32,000 nucleotides of DNA, taken from positions 4,320,001-4,352,000 of the forward strand of contig NC_010628.1 of NCBI RefSeq assembly GCF_000020025.1, in the 5' to 3' direction. The position numbers and the translations under genes were made by a program. Origin of the DNA: Nostoc punctiforme PCC 73102. Its GTDB lineage: Bacteria > Cyanobacteriota > Cyanobacteriia > Cyanobacteriales > Nostocaceae. Shown here one piece after another: positions 17,401 to 26,381 of this stretch (within the stretch, counting starts at the first letter, position 1; each line of letters starts with the position of its first letter). The notes beneath the pieces are model-generated. The model had not been told where the DNA came from and searched no databases. It worked only from the letters and a program-made list of their open reading frames with translations.

Positions 17401-18756
17401 ATGGCAAATATTGTATTTTATGTTAGCTTTTTACAAAACGATTTTAATAGCACTATTAAGCTGGCAAAAACACTAAAATCACTTGGACACAAAGTATTTT
17501 ATTTAGGAATGCTAGATTCAGAAGAAAAGGTTTTTAAATATGGCTTTCCATTTTTACCAATTTTAGAGAAATGGTTTCCCAAAGGATTTTACCAACAAGA
17601 AGACTATAATAGACTAAACTTTAGCGGATTAAGGTTGTCATTAGAGTGCAGAAAATACAGGAAACTTAGAAGCTCTTTAATTTATTCCTTATACAAAGGG
17701 GAAAACAGAGAAATACATAATGCAATAAAAAAAGCAGATACTGATTTACTATTGATAGGTACATCCTGCTCTTCTGAAGCTTCAATAATAGCATTTATAG
17801 CTTATGATTGCCAGATATCAACTATTTATTTAACAGATATGTTTACAGAATTACCACCAATAAACAAAATCCTGCAAGACAAAAAGAATACTTTAAATGT
17901 TCAGCTTCTGAAAAGATTTTATAATAAATTTAAAGCTGCTAGCGAAGCATTGAAAAGAAGTTTGCTTTGGTTGGTTGGAAAAAGTTTAGATGAAGATATT
18001 ATCAGAAACTTTGCAACTATTAAGAGTAAAATACCTTTAGAATTGTTAGACTTTTCTAACAATCTTCCTTTGAAATTACCACACTTGTTTTTATGCCCAG
18101 AGGAATTAGATTTTCCTAACTCTTATAGAGAAGGATGTTACTATGCTGAAGCTTCTATAGATTTGCAAAGAGAAGAGCCATCTTTTGATTGGTCAAAACT
18201 GAATAATAATCGAGTCCTAATTTATTGCTCTTTGGGAACTACAGGAGAAACCTTTGAAACTTTAGGCATAAAGAAAGTTAAACAATTTTTTCAGGATGTA
18301 ATTGATGCTGTATCTCTCAAAAAGGAATACCAATTAATCGTATCAGCAAGCGATCATATTAATGTTGAAGACTTTCACTATGTCCCTGAAAATACGATAA
18401 TCGTTAATAGGGCACCACAATTGGCACTTCTCGAAAAAGCATCTCTAGCAATCATACATGGAGGAGTACGTACTATTAAAGAATGTATATTCTTTGGAGT
18501 ACCAATGATAGTATTTCCTGTGAGTTCCGATCAACCAGAAAATGCAGAAAGAGTAGAATATCATAAATTAGGCGTAGTTGGTAATATTGAAAATACATCT
18601 GCCAATCTCATCATGGATTCCATTGAGAGAATAGAAAATGATTTTTTCTTGAAGCAGCGATTAGAAGCATGGAAAAATAAATTTAGAGAAATAGAACATT
18701 CTGAAAAGGCAACAAAATTTATATTGAATATTTTAGAGCAGAATAAATGCGTCTAA
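17401..18756 (+). CDS. GT1-family UDP-glycosyltransferase (MGT/macrolide-GT-like), 451 aa, in AT-rich islet
   Basis: C-terminal donor-binding motif AIIHGGVRTIKECIFFGVPMIVFPVSSDQPENAERV. GGAG lies about 10 nt upstream of the ATG. Confidence 0.75.
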   Translation: MANIVFYVSFLQNDFNSTIKLAKTLKSLGHKVFYLGMLDSEEKVFKYGFPFLPILEKWFPKGFYQQEDYNRLNFSGLRLSLECRKYRKLRSSLIYSLYKGENREIHNAIKKADTDLLLIGTSCSSEASIIAFIAYDCQISTIYLTDMFTELPPINKILQDKKNTLNVQLLKRFYNKFKAASEALKRSLLWLVGKSLDEDIIRNFATIKSKIPLELLDFSNNLPLKLPHLFLCPEELDFPNSYREGCYYAEASIDLQREEPSFDWSKLNNNRVLIYCSLGTTGETFETLGIKKVKQFFQDVIDAVSLKKEYQLIVSASDHINVEDFHYVPENTIIVNRAPQLALLEKASLAIIHGGVRTIKECIFFGVPMIVFPVSSDQPENAERVEYHKLGVVGNIENTSANLIMDSIERIENDFFLKQRLEAWKNKFREIEHSEKATKFILNILEQNKCV

Positions 18757-18789
18757 AACTCTTAATATATCGACAATTCATAAAATATA

Positions 18790-19773
18790 ATGGAGATGAG
18801 ATTAGAGAATATGAGTAAGGATTTAGAAGAAAGGGATTATTCAAAGGGAGCTAAATATATAGCTCAACATAAATATAGTGAAGCAATAGCTTTCTATAAG
18901 AAAAGCATTGAAACCGATCCTGACTTAATGTCTAATTATTGGTATCTATGTTTAGCACTATTGCTTCAGAAACAAGAATCAGAAGCTATGGCTATTTGGC
19001 GATCTATTCTAGAGAAAGCAGACATAGAAAAAGTTAAGAATTGGACATTAGATATAGTTGAGGTGCTAACAGCAGAAGCTATCAGATGCAAAGCAGCCTT
19101 TGACTTTGAGTCTGCCCATAGATTTTACGGGTATGCTGCTATTGCACGGGGTGAAGCCTGGAAAAAAGTGAAAGGGTATAAGTTCACAAATGATTGGTTT
19201 AGTCAAAATCTCCCAATCTGGGAAAATTATCTAATACACTTAGCTAATAAGCCTGAAATTAATATTCTAGAAATTGGTAGTTGGGAAGGCATGTCTGCGT
19301 GCTGGTTACTAGATCGCATCCTCACTCATGAATCCTCAAGAATCACGTGTATAGATACCTTTGAGGGAAGCATTGAGCACAAACTTGAATATAACGATAG
19401 TTACATAAAATCCGTTGAGGAAAAATTTGATTTCAATATCTCCCACACAGGAGTACAAGAGAAAGTAACGAAAATTATTGGTAATTCCCAAGATGTGATG
19501 CGATCGCTCCCCCTTAAAAGTTACGATATGCTTTATATTGATGGCTCTCACTTAGCAAGTGATGTCCTTATGGATGCTGTTTTAGGTTGGGGGCTTGTCA
19601 AGATCGGAGGTCTCATTGTTTTTGATGACTACGATTTTAAATTTCCCAACAGCGTAGATGCAGGGCAGGATACAAAAATCGGCATAGACGCTTTCCTGAA
19701 GGTATTTTGCAAAAAAGTCAACATTATTCATCAAGGTCATCAAGTTATAATTGAAAAGGGCGTTGTTGCGTGA
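18790..19773 (+). CDS. TPR-like N-terminal region fused to a class I SAM-dependent methyltransferase (Methyltransf_24/O-MT-like), 327 aa
   Basis: N-terminal YSEAIAFYKKSIETDPDLMSNYWYL is TPR-like. SAM-binding ILEIGSWEGMSACWLL, acidic CIDTFEG, and YIDGSH...GGLIVFDDY. The start could be one of the nearby ATGs at 18796 or 18811. Confidence 0.7.
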   Translation: MEMRLENMSKDLEERDYSKGAKYIAQHKYSEAIAFYKKSIETDPDLMSNYWYLCLALLLQKQESEAMAIWRSILEKADIEKVKNWTLDIVEVLTAEAIRCKAAFDFESAHRFYGYAAIARGEAWKKVKGYKFTNDWFSQNLPIWENYLIHLANKPEINILEIGSWEGMSACWLLDRILTHESSRITCIDTFEGSIEHKLEYNDSYIKSVEEKFDFNISHTGVQEKVTKIIGNSQDVMRSLPLKSYDMLYIDGSHLASDVLMDAVLGWGLVKIGGLIVFDDYDFKFPNSVDAGQDTKIGIDAFLKVFCKKVNIIHQGHQVIIEKGVVA

Positions 19774-19904
19774 GTAAAACATCTCCGAAAGTTAAAGACC
19801 GAGCAGAGGTCATTAGACTAAACGCACATGGCTAGTACGTGGAAAAAATAGCTGCTAATTTCAATTGGACTCCTCAAACGGTAAGAGAAATCTTACATAA
19901 ATAG
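19770..19904 (+). mobile_element. IS630-family transposase N-terminal HTH fragment (remnant, interrupted by TAG and truncated)
   Basis: It translates as VSKTSPKVKDRAEVIRLNAHG-stop-YVEKIAANFNWTPQTVREILHK-stop. This matches the RxxVIRLxxxGWSxxxIAxxLxxSxxTVRxxLxRW pattern of IS630-type HTH domains. The expected Trp codon is TAG at 19833-19835. No DDE region follows. Confidence 0.5.
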
Positions 19905-20179
19905 CGAAGAGTTGATTTTGAATGTCAATAACTTCTACTGGACTGGCTCTCTAGGCATCCATTAAGCTGGTAATTGCTGCCGTCTGTGTCATAGTTTTTC
20001 ACCTTGCCGTGTATGCAAAGCCCAGCCTTCCGGTATTATGACTTCTCTTATATATATAGTGTGAGATTATTTCATTTTTATATTGCACCAGAACTACTAC
20101 AATTACTATTGATGCTAGATAATGGGAAGGCTTTGACATTTTCTTCCCAATCTAGCCCAGGAAACAATAATTAACACTT

Positions 20180-21967
20180 ATGCGAACTCATTATTGCGGC
20201 GAACTCCGAAAAGAACATATTGGAGAAACAGTTACCTTTTACGGATGGGTAGACCGTCGCCGCGATCACGGTGGTGTGGTATTTTTAGATTTACGCGATC
20301 GCTCTGGAATTGTCCAAATCGTCAGCGATCCGCAACGCACCCCAGATTCTTATGAACAGGCCAACGCCCTGCGTAATGAATATGTTGTCGAAATCACTGG
20401 TAGAGTAACGCAACGTCCTGAAGAATCGTTGAATACCCGCATCCCCACAGGCGAGGTAGAAATCTACGCTGATAAAATTAAACTCCTCAATGCTGTCGGC
20501 AAACAGTTGCCTTTCCAAGTTTCCGTAGCTGACACCGAGACAGTGCGGGAAGACTTGCGGCTGAAATATCGTTATTTGGATTTGCGACGCGAACGCATGG
20601 CGCAAAATTTGCAATTGCGTCATCAAATTGTTAAAGCCATGCGTCGTTATCTCGAAGATTTGGAAGGTTTTATCGAAGTCGAAACCCCAATACTTACCCG
20701 TTCTACCCCAGAAGGGGCGCGGGATTATGTTCTACCCAGTCGCGTCAATCCTGGAGAGTGGTATGCTTTGCCGCAATCACCCCAGCTATTTAAACAATTG
20801 CTGATGGTATCCGGCTTGGATAGATATTATCAGATTGCCCGTTGCTTTCGTGATGAAGATTTACGCGCCGACAGACAACCAGAATTTACCCAGTTGGACA
20901 TGGAAATGAGCTTCATGTCCCAAGAAGAAATTATCGAACTAAACGAAAGCTTAGTTTGTCATATCTTCAAAACAGTTAAAGGTATTGAGTTACAGCGTCC
21001 TTTCCTCCGCCTCACTTATGCAGAGGGTATGGAACGTTACGGCAGTGATAAACCAGATACCCGCTATGGTTTGGAATTAGTTGATGTCTCAGATATTGTC
21101 AAAGACTCTGGTTTCAAAGTATTTCGGGACACTGTTACTAATGGCGGTATCGTCAAAATCCTCCCCATTCCTAACGGTAACGATGTCATTTCTAATGTCC
21201 GCATTAAACCAGGCGGCGACTTATTTAAAGAAGCCAGCGAAGCCGGTGCTAAAGGTTTAGCTTATATCCGCGTCAGGGATGATGGCGAAATTGACACCAT
21301 TGGCGCGATTAAAGACAACTTGAGCGAAGAACAAAAACAAGAAATTTTGCGCCGCACAGGTGCCAAAGCTGGACATTTGCTCTTGTTTGGGGCAGGGGAA
21401 GCTGCTACAGTTAATAAAACTTTAGATAGATTACGGCAAGCGATCGCTAGAGAATTTAACTTAATCGATCCAGATAAAATCAACTTACTCTGGATTACAG
21501 ATTTCCCGATGTTTGAGTGGAATGCTGACGAAAAGCGTCTAGAAGCACTGCACCACCCATTCACAGCACCCCATCCCGATGATTTGAGCGACTTAAAAAC
21601 CGCACGCGCCCAAGCTTACGACTTGGTACTCAACGGCGTAGAAGTTGGCGGCGGAAGTCTACGGATTTATCAGCGAGAAATTCAACAGCAGGTGTTTGAA
21701 GCGATTGGTTTATCTCCTGAAGAAGCACAAAGTAAATTTGGCTTTCTCTTAGAAGCATTTGAATATGGTACACCGCCGCATGGTGGCATTGCCTACGGTT
21801 TAGATCGTTTGGTAATGTTGCTAGCTGGGGAAGAATCCATTCGAGATGTTATTGCTTTTCCGAAGACACAACAAGCGCGTTGTTTGTTAACAGATGCACC
21901 TTCGAGTGTAGATGCTAAACAGTTGAAAGAATTGCACGTTGCTTCGACTTATAAACCAAAGTCTTAA
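20180..21967 (+). CDS. aspS: Aspartate--tRNA ligase (bacterial type, 595 aa)
   Basis: [11 protein letters not shown]-terminus, OB-fold, class II motifs [25 protein letters not shown] and [17 protein letters not shown]. Confidence 0.97.
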   Translation: MRTHYCGELRKEHIGETVTFYGWVDRRRDHGGVVFLDLRDRSGIVQIVSDPQRTPDSYEQANALRNEYVVEITGRVTQRPEESLNTRIPTGEVEIYADKIKLLNAVGKQLPFQVSVADTETVREDLRLKYRYLDLRRERMAQNLQLRHQIVKAMRRYLEDLEGFIEVETPILTRSTPEGARDYVLPSRVNPGEWYALPQSPQLFKQLLMVSGLDRYYQIARCFRDEDLRADRQPEFTQLDMEMSFMSQEEIIELNESLVCHIFKTVKGIELQRPFLRLTYAEGMERYGSDKPDTRYGLELVDVSDIVKDSGFKVFRDTVTNGGIVKILPIPNGNDVISNVRIKPGGDLFKEASEAGAKGLAYIRVRDDGEIDTIGAIKDNLSEEQKQEILRRTGAKAGHLLLFGAGEAATVNKTLDRLRQAIAREFNLIDPDKINLLWITDFPMFEWNADEKRLEALHHPFTAPHPDDLSDLKTARAQAYDLVLNGVEVGGGSLRIYQREIQQQVFEAIGLSPEEAQSKFGFLLEAFEYGTPPHGGIAYGLDRLVMLLAGEESIRDVIAFPKTQQARCLLTDAPSSVDAKQLKELHVASTYKPKS

Positions 21968-21991
21968 TGAGCTAAATAATTGTCTAGGTAA

Positions 21992-22172
21992 GGTGGGCAA
22001 TGCCACTAGCCTTTTCAAGGCGGGTAAAATTTTCGGACAATAATTCCTCTTCTCTCTGTGTTCTCTGCGCCTCTGTGGTTCAATAAATCACTTTTAAACC
22101 GCAGAGCTACAGAGGGCGCAGAGAGAAAACCAGAGATTTTAGGAGTGAATTTGCAAGGGCTAGATTGCCCAC
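21992..22172. repeat. Nested palindromic (MITE-like) element directly after the aspS stop; includes dispersed repeat copy 3
   Basis: Outer arms: GGTGGGCAATgccaCTAGCC (21992-22011) and GGCTAGATTGCCCAC (22158-22172). Inner arms: TTCTCTGCGCCTCTGTGGTT (22061-22080) versus AACCGCAGAG...ACAGAGGGCGCAGAGAGAA (22097-22127). Confidence 0.65.
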
Positions 22173-22330
22173 TAACTATTTGCAATTATGCATTGATTCT
22201 CTTTAAAACACTAGGTTGACTTGTACAACAGTCTCAAAAAGAAAAAGTAAATTCAATTATCAAAGCTTGCTATTCTTGTTGAATTGATGAGGATACTCAA
22301 TAAAAGTTTTATTGGTTAATATTAATCATC

Positions 22331-22359
22331 TTGAATAAATAATCAAGTAGGCATAATAT
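22331..22359 (+). promoter_or_regulatory. Candidate sigma70-type promoter for the 837-aa gene
   Basis: TTGAAT (22331-22336), a 17-nt spacer, TAATAT (22354-22359), with the ATG at 22376. Pattern match only. Confidence 0.25.
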
Positions 22360-22375
22360 TAGTTGCTGATAATAT

Positions 22376-24889
22376 ATGATGTGGTGTGGATTAAATCGAA
22401 AAATAAGGCTAGTGTTTCCGATATTTTTACTACTAGTCTTTATAGTAGTAATGGTGTCGCAAAAACTCTCCGCAAGAGAACCCCAGTTAGTACAACAAGA
22501 AAATAATTACGCGATACATACTCGACAAAATTTTAATCAATCTAGTTTTTATCCAATTGCAGAAATTCCATCTGCAAAACTTTATAAACCCATTGGTAAC
22601 TGGGTAGGAAGGTTAATCTTACCAACAAAACAGCAATTACAAGATGGTTTAGATTGGGTATGGATGGAAGTGCAATATGCACCACCCACAGCACAAAATT
22701 TGCTAGGAAAGATTGTGCGTCTGGAGTGGAAAAATAATGAAGATTTGCTTGCTAAAGTTAAAGCTGTAACACGAGATATAAATTTCACTTCAGAAGTCAT
22801 TAAAAGTCAAGAACAAGGGAATATTCATCCTTTTCGACTAAATGCAGTTAGACAGGTAGGTATTTTACGTTCATTGGCTGGTGCAAATCCTCAAGATGAT
22901 GTAATTGTTGCTTTAAATTCAAATACAATCATCAATGCAGATAGAGAAAAATCTATTTTGCAAATTGAACATGAACCTGTTTTGGCAACTGGTAGATTTT
23001 ATGGATTAGTAAAAATAATTAACCCGATTAGATTTAATCTTTTATCTACAAAATATCAGCAAGATAGCTATTATTTTTCTGTCCAGCACTATAATTCTAA
23101 CTCAAATAAATTTGATGGCATTCAAGAAACTATTCGTATTCCCCAACAAGTAATAGATACGAGAAACTTTGCGCCTTCAAGTTCGCAGGAAATCGAAAAA
23201 TCACCTGCGGGTGAGGATGGTTGGTATATTTATGGTGCTAAAGATGCAAATGCCGTATTTACAGTAAGTGCCCTTGCACCTCGTTCTCTGTTTCAAATTC
23301 AACCCCGTCAAATTATTACTGGTGAGGAATTAGGGCTCAATTTTATCAAAGAGGTAAATTGGCGAAATAGCGAGAGAGAAAAAGGTAAATTCAATACTGT
23401 CTTGTTAAAACCTGTAGAAACATCTATATCAAAATGGCAACAAGGCGATAAAGGGATTTTACTACACCTATTCGGTGGAATTGGCGGACGTAAAGCTGAA
23501 CCAATCGGAGTACCTAATACTATTACCGGACATTTTGCTTTTGGAATTGCAGAAGTTGTCCGCGATGAGTTTACTAACGAATTACGCTTTGAGACTAAAT
23601 ACCATCAAATTTATGCCCATAACCCTGATGGAATTATTGCCGGAACGCATACATGGGCTGATTATATGGGTAATTTACAACGTGGCTGGCTAGCAACACG
23701 TCCAGTATCAGATATTCTGATTAAATTCGACCCTGTAACGCAAGATTATGATTTTGATGGGATTAAACTTTCGCCTTTAGAGGAATTCCAGCAACAATTA
23801 CAGGTAACGATGGCACGTTATCGCGTTGGCGATGGTACTGGTGGCGCAATGGTATCACCTGGTACCTCATGCGTCCAAGACTCAAGCCAAGCACTTTATG
23901 CTGCGATAATGGCAATTAAAAACCAAGTTGCTACAACTTCTCAAATTCAAACTTGGGTACGCACTAATCCAAATCATCCGCAAACATTACGCTTTCAGCA
24001 GCTAGTTGAATTAGATAAATCTTTAGAACAACAATTAGCACCCTTGGGGATAGTTCGTGCTGATTGGCAGAGTCAAGCAGGCGTACTCGCAGGCACGGGA
24101 ATAGGAAAAACGACGAAACCATTTCAAGATGGTAGTATTTGGGCTGGTTTGACAACGTGGCGAACAATCATGCCAAGACAAGTACATGATGATCTCGCCG
24201 CGATATTTCTCAAACATGGTGCAACTTTGCAAGTATTGCGAACCAATCAAGTAGGTGGTTGGCAATCCAGTATTACACCCCTTGCACCAACAGTCTTTTT
24301 AGGGCAAATGAAGATTCCTTTTACTAATATTGCACCACTTCCAATTATTTTAAATCGTTTTCTAACGTCGTTAGTAATTCCTACACGGCAAGATTGGTTA
24401 ATTCTGGTTTTACTGCTGATAATCTATAGTATTATCGCTCTACCTTATGGCTGGAGATTAGGATTTTTACAGCTCCAACTTTGGTCTGCAAATTGGATCG
24501 ATCAATGCTTATTAACGTTGCGTTGTTTATTTGCACCTGCGATTATCGAAGAACTCATTTTTCGCGTTATCTTGCTTCCTCATCCTAGTGAAATCACCAA
24601 TTGGTTACGATGGAGCTTATGGGCAATAGTTAGTTTAGTATTATTTGTTTTGTATCATCCATTGAATGCTAAAACATTTTTTAAAGCTGGAAATCCCACA
24701 TTCTTTAATCGGGGTTTTCTTACTTTAACTTTATGGTTAGGAATTATCTGTACTGTTGCATATACCTTAACAGGATCTTTCTGGGTGATAGTTTTAATCC
24801 ACTGGGTTGTAGTAGTAGTTTGGTTAATTGTTTTTGGAGGAATAACAAAATTAGATAAGAATCAAAAAATTAATAAAGCTCAAACGTAA
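22376..24889 (+). CDS. Large membrane protein: N-terminal anchor, about 640-aa uncharacterised extracytoplasmic region, C-terminal CPBP (CAAX/Abi) intramembrane protease domain; 837 aa
   Basis: The C-terminal polytopic segment carries the CPBP motifs PAIIEELIFRVILLP (EExxxR), LFVLYHPLN (FxxxH) and VLIHWVVVV (H). N-terminal hydrophobic segment LVFPIFLLLVFIVVMV. Confidence 0.7.
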   Translation: MMWCGLNRKIRLVFPIFLLLVFIVVMVSQKLSAREPQLVQQENNYAIHTRQNFNQSSFYPIAEIPSAKLYKPIGNWVGRLILPTKQQLQDGLDWVWMEVQYAPPTAQNLLGKIVRLEWKNNEDLLAKVKAVTRDINFTSEVIKSQEQGNIHPFRLNAVRQVGILRSLAGANPQDDVIVALNSNTIINADREKSILQIEHEPVLATGRFYGLVKIINPIRFNLLSTKYQQDSYYFSVQHYNSNSNKFDGIQETIRIPQQVIDTRNFAPSSSQEIEKSPAGEDGWYIYGAKDANAVFTVSALAPRSLFQIQPRQIITGEELGLNFIKEVNWRNSEREKGKFNTVLLKPVETSISKWQQGDKGILLHLFGGIGGRKAEPIGVPNTITGHFAFGIAEVVRDEFTNELRFETKYHQIYAHNPDGIIAGTHTWADYMGNLQRGWLATRPVSDILIKFDPVTQDYDFDGIKLSPLEEFQQQLQVTMARYRVGDGTGGAMVSPGTSCVQDSSQALYAAIMAIKNQVATTSQIQTWVRTNPNHPQTLRFQQLVELDKSLEQQLAPLGIVRADWQSQAGVLAGTGIGKTTKPFQDGSIWAGLTTWRTIMPRQVHDDLAAIFLKHGATLQVLRTNQVGGWQSSITPLAPTVFLGQMKIPFTNIAPLPIILNRFLTSLVIPTRQDWLILVLLLIIYSIIALPYGWRLGFLQLQLWSANWIDQCLLTLRCLFAPAIIEELIFRVILLPHPSEITNWLRWSLWAIVSLVLFVLYHPLNAKTFFKAGNPTFFNRGFLTLTLWLGIICTVAYTLTGSFWVIVLIHWVVVVVWLIVFGGITKLDKNQKINKAQT

Positions 24890-24902
24890 TACACCGTAGC
24901 TT

Positions 24903-24934
24903 AAAAAGGGGGAACTAGAATTAAAGTCCCCTTT
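24903..24934 (+). terminator. Weak hairpin after the 837-aa gene (possible terminator)
   Basis: AAAAGGGG (24903-24910) pairs with CCCCTTTT (24927-24934). The loop is 16 nt and the T-run is inside the stem, so it is not canonical. Confidence 0.25.
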
Positions 24935-24944
24935 TATCGATGGA

Positions 24945-25003
24945 TTTAGAAGGCGATCTAAAACTTTTGATACTGACAGGAGGGCTTTTCAAACATCCTT
25001 TAA
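24945..25003. repeat. Degenerate mini-copy (two facing terminal repeats) of the MITE family seen at 26382-26568
   Basis: GCTTTTCAAACATCCTTTAAG (24983-25003) matches ACTTTTCAAACAACCTCTTAG (26544-26564) at 17 of 21 positions. A weaker facing arm, TTAGAAGGCGATCTAAAACTTTT, lies at 24945-24967. Confidence 0.45.
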
Positions 25004-25204
25004 GATCCAATACGGTTCAGTCAACGTCAAAACTCTTCAACTGTATAGGTTGGGGAGCCGCTGCGCCCTTGCGGTTTCCCGACTTGTACCCCTACGGGGA
25101 AGCAAGCTACGCTCTTAGTGTTCTCGCACGGTAGCAAGTGGCGTTTGAAGAATGAAACCCAACAAAGCCCCAAGAGCGCAATTACCATAGAAAGCAAACC
25201 CTCT

Positions 25205-25234
25205 AAAAACAAAAAAAACCCGCTACAGCGGGTT
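25205..25234 (-). terminator. Rho-independent terminator for the small minus-strand ORF
   Basis: The minus strand reads AACCCGC-TGTA-GCGGGTT followed by TTTTTTTTGTTT, about 30 nt after the stop at 25267. Confidence 0.7.
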
Positions 25235-25266
25235 ACACAACAAACTAAGAACAATGAAAACTTGAT

Positions 25267-25422
25267 TTAGCTGGAATATCTCATTTCAGCTTCAAGTTGA
25301 CGAATCAGTTGTTCGTCGCCCTTTGCTCTGGCTACTTGCAAGCGATGCTCTAGGCTTTTTTGAATATTCTCTCTGTGGACTTCTTGTGCTTTTCTTGCAC
25401 TTTGCAGTCTACCTTGATTCAT
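25267..25422 (-). CDS. Small helical hypothetical protein, 51 aa (below the ORF-track cutoff)
   Basis: MNQGRLQSARKAQEVHRENIQKSLEHRLQVARAKGDEQLIRQLEAEMRYSS. AAAGAGG lies about 9 nt upstream of the ATG, and a canonical terminator follows downstream. Confidence 0.55.
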   Translation of the reverse strand: MNQGRLQSARKAQEVHRENIQKSLEHRLQVARAKGDEQLIRQLEAEMRYSS

Positions 25423-25532
25423 AATGATTACCTCTTTAATTTTTCACTTTATGTCTTCTATTCATAACATAGCACACATTTTGTAGCTGTTGCTACAGAA
25501 TTTTATAACTTAATGTAGATTTTAACAAAAAG

Positions 25533-26357
25533 ATGTCTGAGAAGCAGATAGATCAACAACGACTTATGACTTTTCTAAGCGATTTTGGCGATCGCGATAT
25601 CTATATAGGCGTAATGAAGGGAGTCATAGCCCAAGCCAATCCCAGGCTGAGGGTGATAGACTTAACGCACCAAATTCCACCGCAAGACATCGCCGCAGCC
25701 AGATTTTGCCTGATGAATGCTTATCCATATTTCCCAGTTGGGACAGTGCATCTGGCAGTAGTAGATCCAGGGGTGGGAAGTAAGCGACGAGCGATCGCAG
25801 TAGAATTTGCTCAAGGGTTTCTAGTCGGCCCAGATAATGGTATCTTTAGCGGCGTACTTAGTCAAAGTCCGGCGATGTCTACGACGGGCTACGCCTACGC
25901 AGCCGTTGAACTTACAAATCTTAACTATTGGCGAACTCCTCAACCAAGCAACACTTTTCACGGTAGAGATATTTTTGCACCAGTGGCAGCTAATCTTGCT
26001 AGTGGTGTCCCCTTGAAACAGCTAGGACAAGAAATTGATCCAGCAAGTTTAGTCAAACTGGATATAGGCGAGTGTAAGCAGACAAGCAATGGTGTAGTGG
26101 GTTGCATTCAATATATTGACCACTTTGGCAACCTAGTGAGCAACATTCCAGCGAGTTATGTACAAGGCAAAACTTGGTATGTGCAAGCTGCTGGGTTGAA
26201 TATACCCGGCTGTGAAACTTACAGTGATGTCAAGGTGGGAGAGATACTAGCTTTAGTTGGCAGTCACGGCTGGGTAGAAATTGCCATTAATAGCGGCAAT
26301 GCTCACTCCCGGTTGCATTTAGATTGGCAAGCACCGCTTCAAGTTGTGCTAACGTGA
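25533..26357 (+). CDS. SAM hydrolase / S-adenosyl-L-methionine hydroxide adenosyltransferase family (DUF62, fluorinase/chlorinase-like), 274 aa
   Basis: LSDFGDRDIYIGVMKGVI, VVDPGVGS, VGPDNGIFS and NTFHGRDIFAPVAANL motifs. Confidence 0.85.
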   Translation: MSEKQIDQQRLMTFLSDFGDRDIYIGVMKGVIAQANPRLRVIDLTHQIPPQDIAAARFCLMNAYPYFPVGTVHLAVVDPGVGSKRRAIAVEFAQGFLVGPDNGIFSGVLSQSPAMSTTGYAYAAVELTNLNYWRTPQPSNTFHGRDIFAPVAANLASGVPLKQLGQEIDPASLVKLDIGECKQTSNGVVGCIQYIDHFGNLVSNIPASYVQGKTWYVQAAGLNIPGCETYSDVKVGEILALVGSHGWVEIAINSGNAHSRLHLDWQAPLQVVLT

Positions 26358-26381
26358 ACCAATAACACTGACTAAAACTCT

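Noticed and set aside
20291-21564. Minus-strand ORFs 20291..20626 and 21262..21564
   Set aside because: They lie antisense inside aspS, whose identity is unambiguous.
20180-21967. aspS lying next to a cluster whose A domain activates Asp/Asn: a possible self-resistance or precursor-supply copy
   Set aside because: It looks like a normal full-length housekeeping AspRS. It is separated from the cluster by the AT-rich islet and a transposase remnant, and nothing in the window indicates a second copy. Adjacency is most simply coincidental, and it could only be revisited with the whole genome.
24940-25254. Overlapping ORFs 24940..25134 (+) and 25027..25254 (-) in the gap after the CPBP gene
   Set aside because: The region is made of repeat debris: a MITE-terminus relic and GC-rich Nostoc-type dispersed repeat sequence with facing GGTTGGGG / CCCAAC ends. 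The two ORFs overlap each other on opposite strands, and neither has an RBS or a recognisable motif.
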